Origin: an uncultured bacterium
GTDB lineage: Bacteria > Fidelibacterota > Marinisomatia > Marinisomatales > UBA1611
Direction: 5' to 3'
Length of the DNA stretch: 64,000 nt
NCBI GenBank assembly: GCA_943788175.1
Contig: CALSPG010000006.1
Location: 128,001-192,000 of the forward strand
This document shows, one piece after another, positions 1 to 9,953 of the stretch (within the stretch, counting starts at the first letter, position 1; each line of letters starts with the position of its first letter). Position numbers and translations under genes: made by a program. The notes beneath the pieces are model-generated. The model saw only the letters and a program-made list of their open reading frames with translations, was not told the DNA's origin and searched no databases.

Positions 1-1366
1 CACGGTACATACGTTTTTCCCTATAATAGCCTCCAAGGGTTGCCATCGAGCTAGCTAACCATTGGTTGGTATTCTGGTTTATAGATAGAGCATTTTTAAA
101 TGACTGTCTTCCCATGGAGGGATTTCCTAAACGATTATATTCTATAGCTAGTATATAATATGTTTGAGGTAGTAGAACTCTTACAACCTCATTATCAGGC
201 TTATAGTGAAGAAGGTCTTCCCAAGCTGCTGCTGCTCTTCCCCATTCTTGGGCCTTAAAATAACTCAAGCCTTGCATGTAGCGGGAATCAGCATCTTCAG
301 GATCAAGAAAAATAACATCGCCAAATGATAAAGCGGCATAAACATATTTACCTAAATCAAAATACAAATTAGCTAGACTAACATGTGAATTTTTATCTTT
401 AGCATTTAGTTTTATAGACCTTTGAAAGGCTGACTTCGCATCTTCAATATTTCCTAAAGCTAATTCAGTCTCGCCAGTAAGTTGTAGAAAACCATTATGA
501 GTAGGGAAGTTTTTCTGGCCTTCTTCACATAAGCGGAGAGCGTCAGTATAGTTCCCTTCTACTAAACGCTGTCTTATAATTGTAATTTTTTGAGCTGGGC
601 CTTCAGGAACTAGTCTTGATGACATTCCAAGAATTTGATTACTTAGGGATCTTTGATCTGGTGAATTTGTGTACATTGCCATTGCGTCAATCGTACCTTT
701 ATGATCTGGATTTAATTCCAAGGCTTCTTCAAAAGATTGCCTGGATTTATCATACTCGCCTAGCATAGCAAAAAAAGAACCTAAGTAAAAGTGAGCATCA
801 GGGTTCGTTGGATGCTTTTTAATTTGGCGAAGATATATATCTTTGGCAGACTCCCAATTATTAACAGCCTCATAATGAAGACCTAATTGGCGCTGGATAT
901 AAATATTATTTGGATTGTTACGAGCATCCGCTTCATAATCACCAGTTGTTAAGAACGGCAAACTTTCAATATTTTTAATTTTTTTCTTAGGCATATCATT
1001 ATAAATATATCTGGTAGCTCTAGCCATTTCATTGTTTGATGCCTCTAATTCACTTGATAATTGATATAGTTCATCAGCAAATGCTGCCACATTTATTTGA
1101 GGACCTTTGTTTACAATAGGAAGCGGTTTTGAGGCATTAGATGATGATTTCGCTTTTTTCTTTTTAGAAGACTTTTTCTTCTTCGATGGTCTTTTCTTTT
1201 TAGAAGATTTTTTCTTTTTAGAAGGCTTCCTTTTTTTCGAAGATTTTTTCTTTTTCTTAGACTGAGCGCTTAAAGATTCTCCAAAACGCAAATCTCCTGA
1301 AGAGGAGATATGTATCCCTCCGACCAGTACTATAGATAGTAATAGCTTAAATAATTGTCTTATCAT
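1..1366 (-). CDS. Exported TPR-repeat protein with N-terminal Lys/Ser-rich repeat (runs off the window; not in ORF track)
   Basis: Own translation from ATG at 1366: MIRQLFKLLLSIVLVGG (signal/anchor), then SKKKKKSSKKRKPSKKKK..., then TPR-like helices (DAHFYLGSFFAMLGEYDKSRQSFEEALELNP; SHVSLANLYFDLGKY; SRYMQGLSYFKAQEW). The frame is open to the window edge. Confidence 0.85.
   Translation of the reverse strand, partial: MIRQLFKLLLSIVLVGGIHISSSGDLRFGESLSAQSKKKKKSSKKRKPSKKKKSSKKKRPSKKKKSSKKKKAKSSSNASKPLPIVNKGPQINVAAFADELYQLSSELEASNNEMARATRYIYNDMPKKKIKNIESLPFLTTGDYEADARNNPNNIYIQRQLGLHYEAVNNWESAKDIYLRQIKKHPTNPDAHFYLGSFFAMLGEYDKSRQSFEEALELNPDHKGTIDAMAMYTNSPDQRSLSNQILGMSSRLVPEGPAQKITIIRQRLVEGNYTDALRLCEEGQKNFPTHNGFLQLTGETELALGNIEDAKSAFQRSIKLNAKDKNSHVSLANLYFDLGKYVYAALSFGDVIFLDPEDADSRYMQGLSYFKAQEWGRAAAAWEDLLHYKPDNEVVRVLLPQTYYILAIEYNRLGNPSMGRQSFKNALSINQNTNQWLASSMATLGGYYREKRMYR
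1151..1261 (-). repeat. Degenerate 18-bp tandem repeat encoding about six (S/P)SKK(K/R)(K/R) units
   Basis: Minus-strand TCT AAA AAG AAA AAA-type units repeat with 6-codon period. Confidence 0.85.
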
Positions 1367-1442
1367 AGTGGGTGTAACTTCGGATTACACTTGAATTTGA
1401 AAAAAAAAGTCCTAACTACCAAACATTATTTATTTTAACGTT

Positions 1443-1781
1443 TTACCCATTAATCTTACAACATCTCGGAAGCTTGTTGTAGGCTTCTTTGAGAGCCATC
1501 GTTTCATTTGCTTGGTAGCCTGCTATTGATATTTGTGTTTCGATTTGAGCCAGAGAAACTTTTTGTGGATTAAAATAAACTTTACCATTTTTATTCTCAA
1601 GGTCAACTTTTACTTTTAATACTCCATCAGTCTTTGAAAAGGCATCCACAATGTTTGTCTCGCACATACCACACATTATCGTCGGAAGCGAAATATTAGC
1701 TTCCTCAGCATTTGTAGAAACTGAACAATTTAGCAGGGTAAAACCTATAACAATTAACAAAATATCTAATTTAAACTTCAT
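1443..1781 (-). CDS. Exported heavy-metal-associated (HMA, CopZ/MerP-like) protein
   Basis: MCGMC (CxxC) HMA motif, C-terminal LPRCC and a signal peptide. Start placed at MKFKL (1781) because GAGGA precedes it. Confidence 0.85.
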   Translation of the reverse strand: MKFKLDILLIVIGFTLLNCSVSTNAEEANISLPTIMCGMCETNIVDAFSKTDGVLKVKVDLENKNGKVYFNPQKVSLAQIETQISIAGYQANETMALKEAYNKLPRCCKING

Positions 1782-1855
1782 TTTTATCCTCACTTTTTTA
1801 TAAAACACTTAAAAAACTTTAAATAACCAATTATAATTTTAGCAATAAAAATACT

Positions 1856-2353
1856 CTAAAATTGCCTTTGAAATACAGTTTCCCAATTTTTTACATTTTT
1901 ACCAGTTTTAACTATTGATAAGCCATTAAAAACTACATGGTTAGGAATTATAAGACTCTTTGTAGCAAAATATATTTCTTCTTTTGAAAAAATACCATAA
2001 GCAATACTAATGTGCGGATCAAAACCATATTTTCTTGAGCTCCTGAATTTATTTTTACATATAGTATTTAGTTGATTTAAGGCACCACTATTTTCAATAG
2101 AGACATATAATGATTTGGAGTAAGAATCTCCACTTTTTATTTTTTTTATACTTGCTGAAAATTGATTATAGTTTTTAGCTAGTTCAGTAATAAGAGGTTT
2201 TAAAATTTCAATATCTGTATTTAAATGACCATATATTGTACAATGAGGTTCAAAAATTGGCGTTTTCAAGCGCTTAGAAATTGATTGATTAATTTGCCTA
2301 TAGTTTGAACGACTTTCTTTTTCAAGGATTAGCCAAATCGAAAAACTACTCAT
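1856..2353 (-). CDS. 2H phosphoesterase (cyclic phosphodiesterase-like)
   Basis: Two HxT/S motifs: FEPHCT and FDPHIS. Confidence 0.8.
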   Translation of the reverse strand: MSSFSIWLILEKESRSNYRQINQSISKRLKTPIFEPHCTIYGHLNTDIEILKPLITELAKNYNQFSASIKKIKSGDSYSKSLYVSIENSGALNQLNTICKNKFRSSRKYGFDPHISIAYGIFSKEEIYFATKSLIIPNHVVFNGLSIVKTGKNVKNWETVFQRQF

Positions 2354-4834
2354 TAATCATTTAAAATATTTTTTATTGCTCTGAGTTTTTTATCTAAAAT
2401 TTCTACAGCTTTTGAATCGGACTTTTTGGACGAACTGTTTTTCCTGTTCTCGATTTTAGATTTTGCTCTTTTTGCATTGATAGATAGTACGGGGTCTTTC
2501 TCCACCATAATATCAAGCAATGAATAATTTGATTCACCACCATAATTTCCAACCTGCGCTATTACTGCCATTCTTACGAACCTATCATTATCATCAAAAA
2601 ATGATAAAATAAAATCAAATGTACTTGGCCTCTTTTTCTGATATTTTGATAACTCATAAATTATTGTTGGCCTAGAAGGCCAGCTAAAATTACCATATTT
2701 AGCTAATTCTTTTAATCGCATATAGTTTGATGCTGTTTGGACTTGACTAAAATAAGAAAGAGCTGCTTTCCTAATTACATCATTATGTGATTCAGTATTG
2801 AGTAATTTATCAACATGGGGTTTTGCCGCAGCAGTATCAATAATTGCTAAGGTTCTAATAGATTCTGAAATAGCATAATAACTAGTATCAGAAATAATTA
2901 TATCTTCTAAAAATTTACTCACTTCTAAATTGTTTTTTTGATTTTTTAATATTTTAATAAATGATCTCTTCACTCTATTGTCTATTTCTTTTCTTTTTAC
3001 CCAATCAATATCTTCTGAAATAATTTTTGTTTTAAGTCTTCCCAATGAAGTATAAGCTTCTTTTCTTACAGCCCAAAATGGATCTTTTTTAGCAGCTTCC
3101 ATTAATGCGTATTCAACGACTTTTCGACCTTTTTTCTTGGAAAGCTCTTGAGCAGCCCATATCCGATCTAGAGCATTTGATGCGTTTTGTAATTGATATT
3201 TGAGATCAGCAACTGATTTTTGCATTTTTAAATTTGAAGGAACTCTTTGCCCAGAATTAAATATTACCATTTTCGGTCTTTTATCAGACTTTATTTTGTA
3301 GACAGAATCCAAATTATCCACCCAAATAACGTGTTCTTTTTTTTCTCCACTATCAACAATAATTTTAATTGGCATTTTAAATAAACTTGTCGTTTTTAAA
3401 TCCTGAGTTTGTTTAACATGAATTGAAAGTTCTTTTTTTCTTTGGTTATAATTCCATGAAACATCATAATTAGGAAATCCTGGTTCATAAAGCCATTGCT
3501 TAAAGAACCAATCAAGATTTTGCCCCGTGGTCATTTCAATTGTCTTTTTTAGGTCATTGGTTTCCACATTTTTTAATTTATTTTCATTGGTATAATTCCG
3601 TATAGATCTCCAAAAGCCTTCTTCACCAAGCACATCACGAAGCATGGTTAAAATCAAACTTCCTTTTGCGTATACGTGACTGCTAAAAAGTTCAAAAGGT
3701 TCATCATAAACAAAGTCAACAGTCGGCCTTCTTTTATTTTTATCGGCACGTTTGAAGCTTCTTATTTCACCAAGTCTTATATAATCACCCTCATCATCTC
3801 CTCTATCTTTTGTCAAATACAATCTCGAAAAGAATGTTGCGAAACCCTCATTGAGCCAAATATTTGCCCAATTCCGAGTTGTAATCATATCCCCAAACCA
3901 CTGATGGGCTAGCTCATGGGCCACGAGACCGTCACTACTATGATCAGGATGTGCCTTTGAATCAAACATTGTCCTATCAGAATTATGAGTTAAAGTAATA
4001 TTTTCCATTCCTCCCCACATAAATTCTGAAACAATTATTTGATCATACTTTTCAAATGGATAAGAAACTCCTGTCAAATTATTAAAGTAATCAATCATAT
4101 CTGGAGTTTTACCAAATGAACGAAAAGCCTCATTTTTATTTTCAGGATATACCCAATAAGCAACTGGAACGTCCTTATGATTATCTTCTACTTTAACATA
4201 ATCACCGATAACAAAAGAAATTAAATAACCTACCATTGGAAAATTTTCTCTCCAGTGAAATGTATGCGTTCCATCTTTATTGTCTTGAAAAGAAACTAGC
4301 TCACCATTTGAGATAGCTTTGAGTTTATTATCAACCGTAAGAATACATTCAAAAGTGGCTCTTTCATTAGGGTAATCATACATTGGTACCCAATGATGAT
4401 TATCTGTTTCTTCTCCTTGAGTCCACGCCTGCATTTTTCTTTTAGGATAAAGTGAATCAGGTTTGAAAAAATATAATCCTGTCCGAGGAGTTGCTGTGTA
4501 AGTTTATTGTAACGTCAAGAGTATCTGACCATGCATAATTTTTTAATAAGTCCATATGCAACTTCTCTTCACTTTGAAAAAAAGGAATGTCTTTGTTTCC
4601 AATTCGGACCCTTCTAACAATCATATCCTCTGCATCAAGTTCAAGTTCTGATAAAGCAGATCCTAGAGGACTAAATGAATGAGTTACTTTTCCGGTCACT
4701 TTCTCTGACAAAATATCAATTTTTATGTCGATTAAACTATGGAGTATATCAACGGATCGATCTGGAGTAGAATTATTTGCAAATAAAACGCCACTTAAGC
4801 ACAGTACAAAAATTGTAAAAAATAGTTTCTTCAA
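2353..4834 (-). CDS. Secreted M1 aminopeptidase with C-terminal HEAT-like repeats; split by a 1-nt insertion near 4500
   Basis: GGMEN and HELAH...WLNEG motifs. Removing one base at 4500/4501 joins ORFs 4457..4834 and 2353..4434 as VTINYTATPRTGLYFFKPDSLYPKRKMQAWTQGE. Confidence 0.9.
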
Positions 4835-4926
4835 TAGATTAGCCTTCTTGATTATAATTAAAAATAACTAAAAGCTTTAAAAAACAACAACAACTTAAAA
4901 ACAGGAAGAATATTGTATAAATAAGC

Positions 4927-4954
4927 AAAAAAAAAGGAGCAGCGCTCCTTTTTT
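4927..4954. terminator. Intrinsic terminator after the sigma factor gene (potentially bidirectional)
   Basis: A-run, GGAGC-AGC-GCTCC hairpin and T-run, immediately after the sigma stop codon. Confidence 0.8.
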
Positions 4955-4957
4955 AAT

Positions 4958-5941
4958 TTATCCCAGATATCTTCTCAAACTTTTACTTCTTGATCGATGT
5001 CTCAATCTTTGAATTGCTTTTTCTTTAATTTGTCTTACTCTTTCACGGGTTAGATCAAATTCTTCACCAATTTCATTTAATGTCATTGCACTATCTCGAT
5101 TGATACCAAAATACATTTCAAGAACAGATCTTTCTCTACCGGATAATGTCTCCAAAGCACCAGTTACCTCTTCAGACATCGACTCTCGCATGATATTAGC
5201 TTCTGGCTCTTCTGCTTGATCATCTTCAATTATATCAAGCAGACTACTATTCTCACCATCTTGAAATGGAGAATGCAGCGAACTATGTCTTCTAGAATAT
5301 TGCATGGCCATTAATACTTCATCACCACTCATTTCTAATTGATTACCTATCTCATCACCTTTTGGTTGTCTCTCAACTTCTGCTTCTAATTTTTCAGCAG
5401 CACGAGTTATCTTAGTGATAGTACCTACACGATTTAGAGGCAAACGAATCAACCTAGATTGTTCAGCCAATGCTTGGAGTATCGACTGACGAATCCACCA
5501 AACAGCATAAGAAATAAATTTGAAACCTCTCGTGTGATCAAAACGCTTTGCTGCTTTTATTAGCCCAAGGTTACCTTCATTTATTATATCAGCAAGAGAT
5601 AAACCATTACCTTGATATTTTTTCGCAACAGAAACAACGAAGCGAAGGTTTGCTTCAACAAGTTCTTTCATAGCCGCTTCATCGTTGTTTTGAATTCTAA
5701 TTGCTAACTCGACTTCTCTTTCTGGAGGCAATGGATTGTATTGACCTATTTCAGCAAGATACATACTTATACTTCCGCTTGCGACCTTACTTGATTTCTT
5801 CGTCTTCGGTGCAGGCGCAGCTGCTTTTTTATCTTTAGCTCCTTTTTTGCCTTTTTCTTCTTTCGATATAGCTTCGACTTCTTTTTTAATTTGTTTTACA
5901 TCAACTTTTTCTTTTTTTTGCTTAGCTTTAGTTTTTGGCAA
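4958..5941 (-). CDS. rpoD: RNA polymerase sigma70 factor, RpoD/SigA family (short form without region 1.1)
   Basis: ANLRFVVSVAKKY, DIINEGNLGL, RGFKFISYAVWWIRQ and region 4 TRERVRQIK. Confidence 0.88.
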   Translation of the reverse strand: MPKTKAKQKKEKVDVKQIKKEVEAISKEEKGKKGAKDKKAAAPAPKTKKSSKVASGSISMYLAEIGQYNPLPPEREVELAIRIQNNDEAAMKELVEANLRFVVSVAKKYQGNGLSLADIINEGNLGLIKAAKRFDHTRGFKFISYAVWWIRQSILQALAEQSRLIRLPLNRVGTITKITRAAEKLEAEVERQPKGDEIGNQLEMSGDEVLMAMQYSRRHSSLHSPFQDGENSSLLDIIEDDQAEEPEANIMRESMSEEVTGALETLSGRERSVLEMYFGINRDSAMTLNEIGEEFDLTRERVRQIKEKAIQRLRHRSRSKSLRRYLG

Positions 5942-6005
5942 GATGATAGCTCCTAATTTTTTGTGTACATTTACAACAGTGCCGGCGATATTACAAAATA
6001 ATTGT

Positions 6006-7199
6006 TTATTTTATAAACATTATCTTTGATGAACTTGTAATTCCTTCTGATATTAATTGGACTATATATATTCCACTAGATATAATAGATGCTGAACTAC
6101 TATTCGGACTCCAATAAATTTCACCTTTATTTTTATCTAATGGACTCATTTTCCTATCAAAGACTTTCTTACCAGCAATAGTATAAATCGATATTGATGA
6201 AGATTCTAACATATCAACATCAAAGCTCAAGGAGATTCGGCCATTAAAAGGGTTAGGATAAGGATTAAATAGCTTTGGACTTTTCGGAGTCAATAGATCA
6301 GAATTATCATTTTCAAGAACAACAAAAGTAGGGTACCTAGCAAGCTCATTGGAATTAATTACTACCAATTCATTTGAAGCAATTGGCTCCCATGTGAAAT
6401 CAGAAGCTGATGCTGGTGGAGTAGTCATTATAGAATAATAGCCCTCTGTTTCCAAAATTTTAAGTCCATTGCTCCCACCATATACGTATAGGTTATCAGA
6501 GTCAGAAAAAACGAAGTTTAACATGTAAGGATTTATGCCAGCTTCAAGCATTAATCTTAAAGCTGTATTTAATCCTTCAATCACGTCTCCCTGAGCAGTA
6601 ATCATTTTCATAATTAATAGCATAATTAGTTCTGAATCCACAACCGCGCTCCACCCTTCATCTGCCCAATTTCCAGCTCCAAAAGTTTGAGGAGGGTTTA
6701 GGATTAACCATTCTTCGTTAATTCCGTTTTCTGTTATTAGATCATACAATAAATCTTTTGATGCCCCACCATTATGTACGAATGAAAAAGTTTTTTCCCC
6801 TTCAAAAATCCACGGGTGAGGATTTGGAATATCACTAGCACCAGATGTTGCCGAGCGAAGATGAGCAATGGCTATCTTTGAATTAAAATCATTAAAAACA
6901 GAGAGCATCTCGTTCCAATAATTAAGCGAATCATAATTTGCTGGTAGTGCAGACCTGTAAACACTTATTTCATTGTATGCTGGAGATAGAGGATATTGTA
7001 AAATTGACCAGCCATTTGCATTATGTTGACTCTGGTTGAAATAAATACCTAATTGCTCATTAATTAATAATAATTCATCTTGGCTTTGGATATTTAATGA
7101 ACGGTCATGTTTTGAGATAATAGCCCAAATTTTACAAGCACTTAGCTCAGTAAAATGAATAAGGACCAAAAATATTGATATAAAAAATTGTTTAGGCAT
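6006..7199 (-). CDS. Secreted class II glutamine amidotransferase-like (Ntn) hydrolase with PNPFN C-terminal sorting domain
   Basis: Signal peptide then Cys; NANGW, AHLRSAT, NPHPW, FVHNG and DSE motifs of the YafJ/EgtC-like family; C-terminal YPNPFN...SGIYIV. Confidence 0.8.
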   Translation of the reverse strand: MPKQFFISIFLVLIHFTELSACKIWAIISKHDRSLNIQSQDELLLINEQLGIYFNQSQHNANGWSILQYPLSPAYNEISVYRSALPANYDSLNYWNEMLSVFNDFNSKIAIAHLRSATSGASDIPNPHPWIFEGEKTFSFVHNGGASKDLLYDLITENGINEEWLILNPPQTFGAGNWADEGWSAVVDSELIMLLIMKMITAQGDVIEGLNTALRLMLEAGINPYMLNFVFSDSDNLYVYGGSNGLKILETEGYYSIMTTPPASASDFTWEPIASNELVVINSNELARYPTFVVLENDNSDLLTPKSPKLFNPYPNPFNGRISLSFDVDMLESSSISIYTIAGKKVFDRKMSPLDKNKGEIYWSPNSSSASIISSGIYIVQLISEGITSSSKIMFIK

Positions 7200-7384
7200 A
7201 ATTACATATAATTATTTGAGAAGTATAATTTAATATAAATACATATACTTATTTTCTTAAAAAACTATAATTACAACAATTAAGATGGAATCAAACTTTA
7301 ATATGAAATATTATAATATTTTATAAATAAAATAAAATCAGCTTACTTTAAAACAATGTATAGTCAAAATAAATTACCTGATTA

Positions 7385-8857
7385 TTGTTAATGGAAATCA
7401 TTTTAGTTTTCTATTTATCAATTTTGATAGGCATTGGAGTTGCCGCCTCAAAAAATGTTAATAATATTAGCGATTATTATGTAGGTGGTAAGAAACTAAA
7501 CTATTGGATTGCAGCACTATCTGCTAGAGCCACGGGAGAATCAGGATGGTTACTACTTGGTGTGACTGGTATGGGTGCTGTAATGGGCATTAGTGCATTT
7601 TGGATTGTACTTGGTGAAGTTATAGGTGTGTTTTTTTCTTGGCATTTTATGGCTGAGAAGTTTAAAAAGCTTACTGATGACTATAAATCAATAACAGTAC
7701 CTGACTTTTTGCACAGTCATTTTAGCTCAAAAACAAATACAATAAGAATTATTGCGGCAACGGCTCTATCTGCATTTGTAGTTATTTATGTTAGCGCTCA
7801 GATTGATATTACGGGTAAAGCTTTTGAATCTTTTTTAGGCTATAACTATTATTTTGGCATTCTTATTGGGTTTGGAATAGTTGTAGCTTATATATTTTCT
7901 GGCGGGTTTTTAGCCGTCGCATGGTCTGATCTTTTTCAAGGATCTATGATGTTTTTAGCTTTATTATTTCTTCCTATTACTGCATATATACAATTACCCA
8001 AAAGTATAACTTTTTTAAAAGGACTTAAAGATATCGACCCTGCTTTGGTAAATATTTGGGGTGATGGTGGATTTACTTTCATGAACTTTTTATCTGTAAT
8101 AGGTCTATTATCAATAGGCATAGGATTTCTAGGTTCACCTCAAGTTTATGTTCGATTTATAGCAATAAAAAATACCCAAGAAATAAAAAAAGGGAAAATT
8201 ATTGCAGTCATTTATACCTTTGTCTCAAGCTCATGTGCTGTCATGATTGGTATGATAGGACGTTTTATGTTCACTACGAATAATCAAAATCCCGAAATAG
8301 TATTAGGGCCTGCAGGTGAAAATGTATTGTATTTACTTTTATTAGAAATCATGCCTACAATTGTTGTTGGTATTTACATTGCTGCATTATTATCTGCAGT
8401 TATGTCGACCGTAGATTCACTACTTGTGGTTGCTTCAAGTGCAGTAACAAGGGATTTTTACCAAAAAATTGTAAATCCACTGATTGACCAAAAAACTTTA
8501 ATAATACTTTCTAAAAAAATTACTTTAGGATTAGCGCTTTTTGCTTTATTTGTTGCAATAAGCGTATCGATTATATCGCCTGACCGTACTATATTTTGGT
8601 TTGTTATTTTTGGTTGGTCTGGTATTGCAGCTACATTCTGCCCTGTAATTATACTGTCAATTTTTTGGAATGATTTTGATGAAAACGGGGCGATTGCGTC
8701 TATGATTACAGGATTTTTATCTGTACCAATTTTTAAATTTTTGGTACCGAAATTAGAAAATATTGGTATCTATTTTGAAAAAATAGATGTATTACTGCCA
8801 TCAGTAATCTTGGCAATATCAGCAGGATACTTTACGACAATAATAAAAAGAAAATAA
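7385..8857 (+). CDS. putP: Sodium:solute (proline-type) symporter
   Basis: About 13 TM helices; ALSARATGESGW, GGFLAVAWSD, GFLGSPQ and SAVMSTVDS motifs. Confidence 0.8.
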   Translation: MLMEIILVFYLSILIGIGVAASKNVNNISDYYVGGKKLNYWIAALSARATGESGWLLLGVTGMGAVMGISAFWIVLGEVIGVFFSWHFMAEKFKKLTDDYKSITVPDFLHSHFSSKTNTIRIIAATALSAFVVIYVSAQIDITGKAFESFLGYNYYFGILIGFGIVVAYIFSGGFLAVAWSDLFQGSMMFLALLFLPITAYIQLPKSITFLKGLKDIDPALVNIWGDGGFTFMNFLSVIGLLSIGIGFLGSPQVYVRFIAIKNTQEIKKGKIIAVIYTFVSSSCAVMIGMIGRFMFTTNNQNPEIVLGPAGENVLYLLLLEIMPTIVVGIYIAALLSAVMSTVDSLLVVASSAVTRDFYQKIVNPLIDQKTLIILSKKITLGLALFALFVAISVSIISPDRTIFWFVIFGWSGIAATFCPVIILSIFWNDFDENGAIASMITGFLSVPIFKFLVPKLENIGIYFEKIDVLLPSVILAISAGYFTTIIKRK

Positions 8858-9910
8858 CTATTCTTCAGATTTAAAAGTCATAGGAGCATCCATTAATGTA
8901 CTAATCCACTTCGCACTTTCAGAATTTGATAATGCAATTTTTATTGTCATTGTTAAGGGGACAGATAGTACCATGCCAACTGGTCCAAATACCCAACCCC
9001 AGAAAAGTAGAGATACAAAAACGACTAGAGTAGAAAGACCTAAACCATGACCTAATAATCGAGGTTCTAAGATACTTCCTATAGATATATTTATAAATAA
9101 ATAACCTGATAGCGACAATAGTGATGTCACAACACCATACTGAATTAAGGCTAATAACGCTGGTGGAACTGCTGCTATAATTGAACCAACAGTCGGAACA
9201 TAGTTGAATAAAAAAGTTAAGAAGCCCCACAGTAGTGGGTAATCGACACCTAAAAACATTAACCAAATTGTGGCAATAAAACCTGTGGCTAAACTAGTGC
9301 CCGTTTTTATAAGCATGTATCTATTAACTGTATCGGAAAAAGAATCAACCTGGCTAGCACCGTCACTTTGAGTTCCAAAAATATGTCTGATTTTGAATCT
9401 AAATATTGTTGCTTCGAGCAACATAAAAACAATCATCAATAGAATTAGAAGGCCGCTGCTTAAAACACCGCCGAAACCAGATAATAAGGATGAAGTCAAT
9501 GACATTGCAGCACCAGGATCAAACCTTTCAATAATTGCAGAGCCAGAAATTTGCAACCCTAACTGCTCAAAGAACTCAAAAAAACTAGTAGCAGAAGCGT
9601 TCACCATTTCTTTATATCTAGGAAGATTTTCTTTGAAATCGCTCAAAGAAGTTCCCAAAAGAGAGGCTATACCCGTTCCGACAGCAACAATTCCAAAAAT
9701 AACTACCAAGATAGCACCCAAAATGGGTATGCCTTTTGATCTAAGCTTTGTAACGAGCGGGTTTGCAATTACCGATATAAAAATTGCGAGCAAAAAAGGT
9801 ATCAATATATCACTTGCCGCTCTCAATCCGGCAACAACAATCATAAAAGCTGCTAAATTAAAAATTACTTGTTGAACATGACTCTGACCTGTGTAAGATT
9901 TTTTAGACAT
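8858..9910 (-). CDS. AI-2E family transporter
   Basis: Multi-TM; FNYVPTVGS, LEPRLLG and FWGWVFGPVGMVLSVPLT. Confidence 0.9.
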   Translation of the reverse strand: MSKKSYTGQSHVQQVIFNLAAFMIVVAGLRAASDILIPFLLAIFISVIANPLVTKLRSKGIPILGAILVVIFGIVAVGTGIASLLGTSLSDFKENLPRYKEMVNASATSFFEFFEQLGLQISGSAIIERFDPGAAMSLTSSLLSGFGGVLSSGLLILLMIVFMLLEATIFRFKIRHIFGTQSDGASQVDSFSDTVNRYMLIKTGTSLATGFIATIWLMFLGVDYPLLWGFLTFLFNYVPTVGSIIAAVPPALLALIQYGVVTSLLSLSGYLFINISIGSILEPRLLGHGLGLSTLVVFVSLLFWGWVFGPVGMVLSVPLTMTIKIALSNSESAKWISTLMDAPMTFKSEE

Positions 9911-9953
9911 GCCTAAAATTAGAATAAAATATATTTATATCTACAAAAATCTT

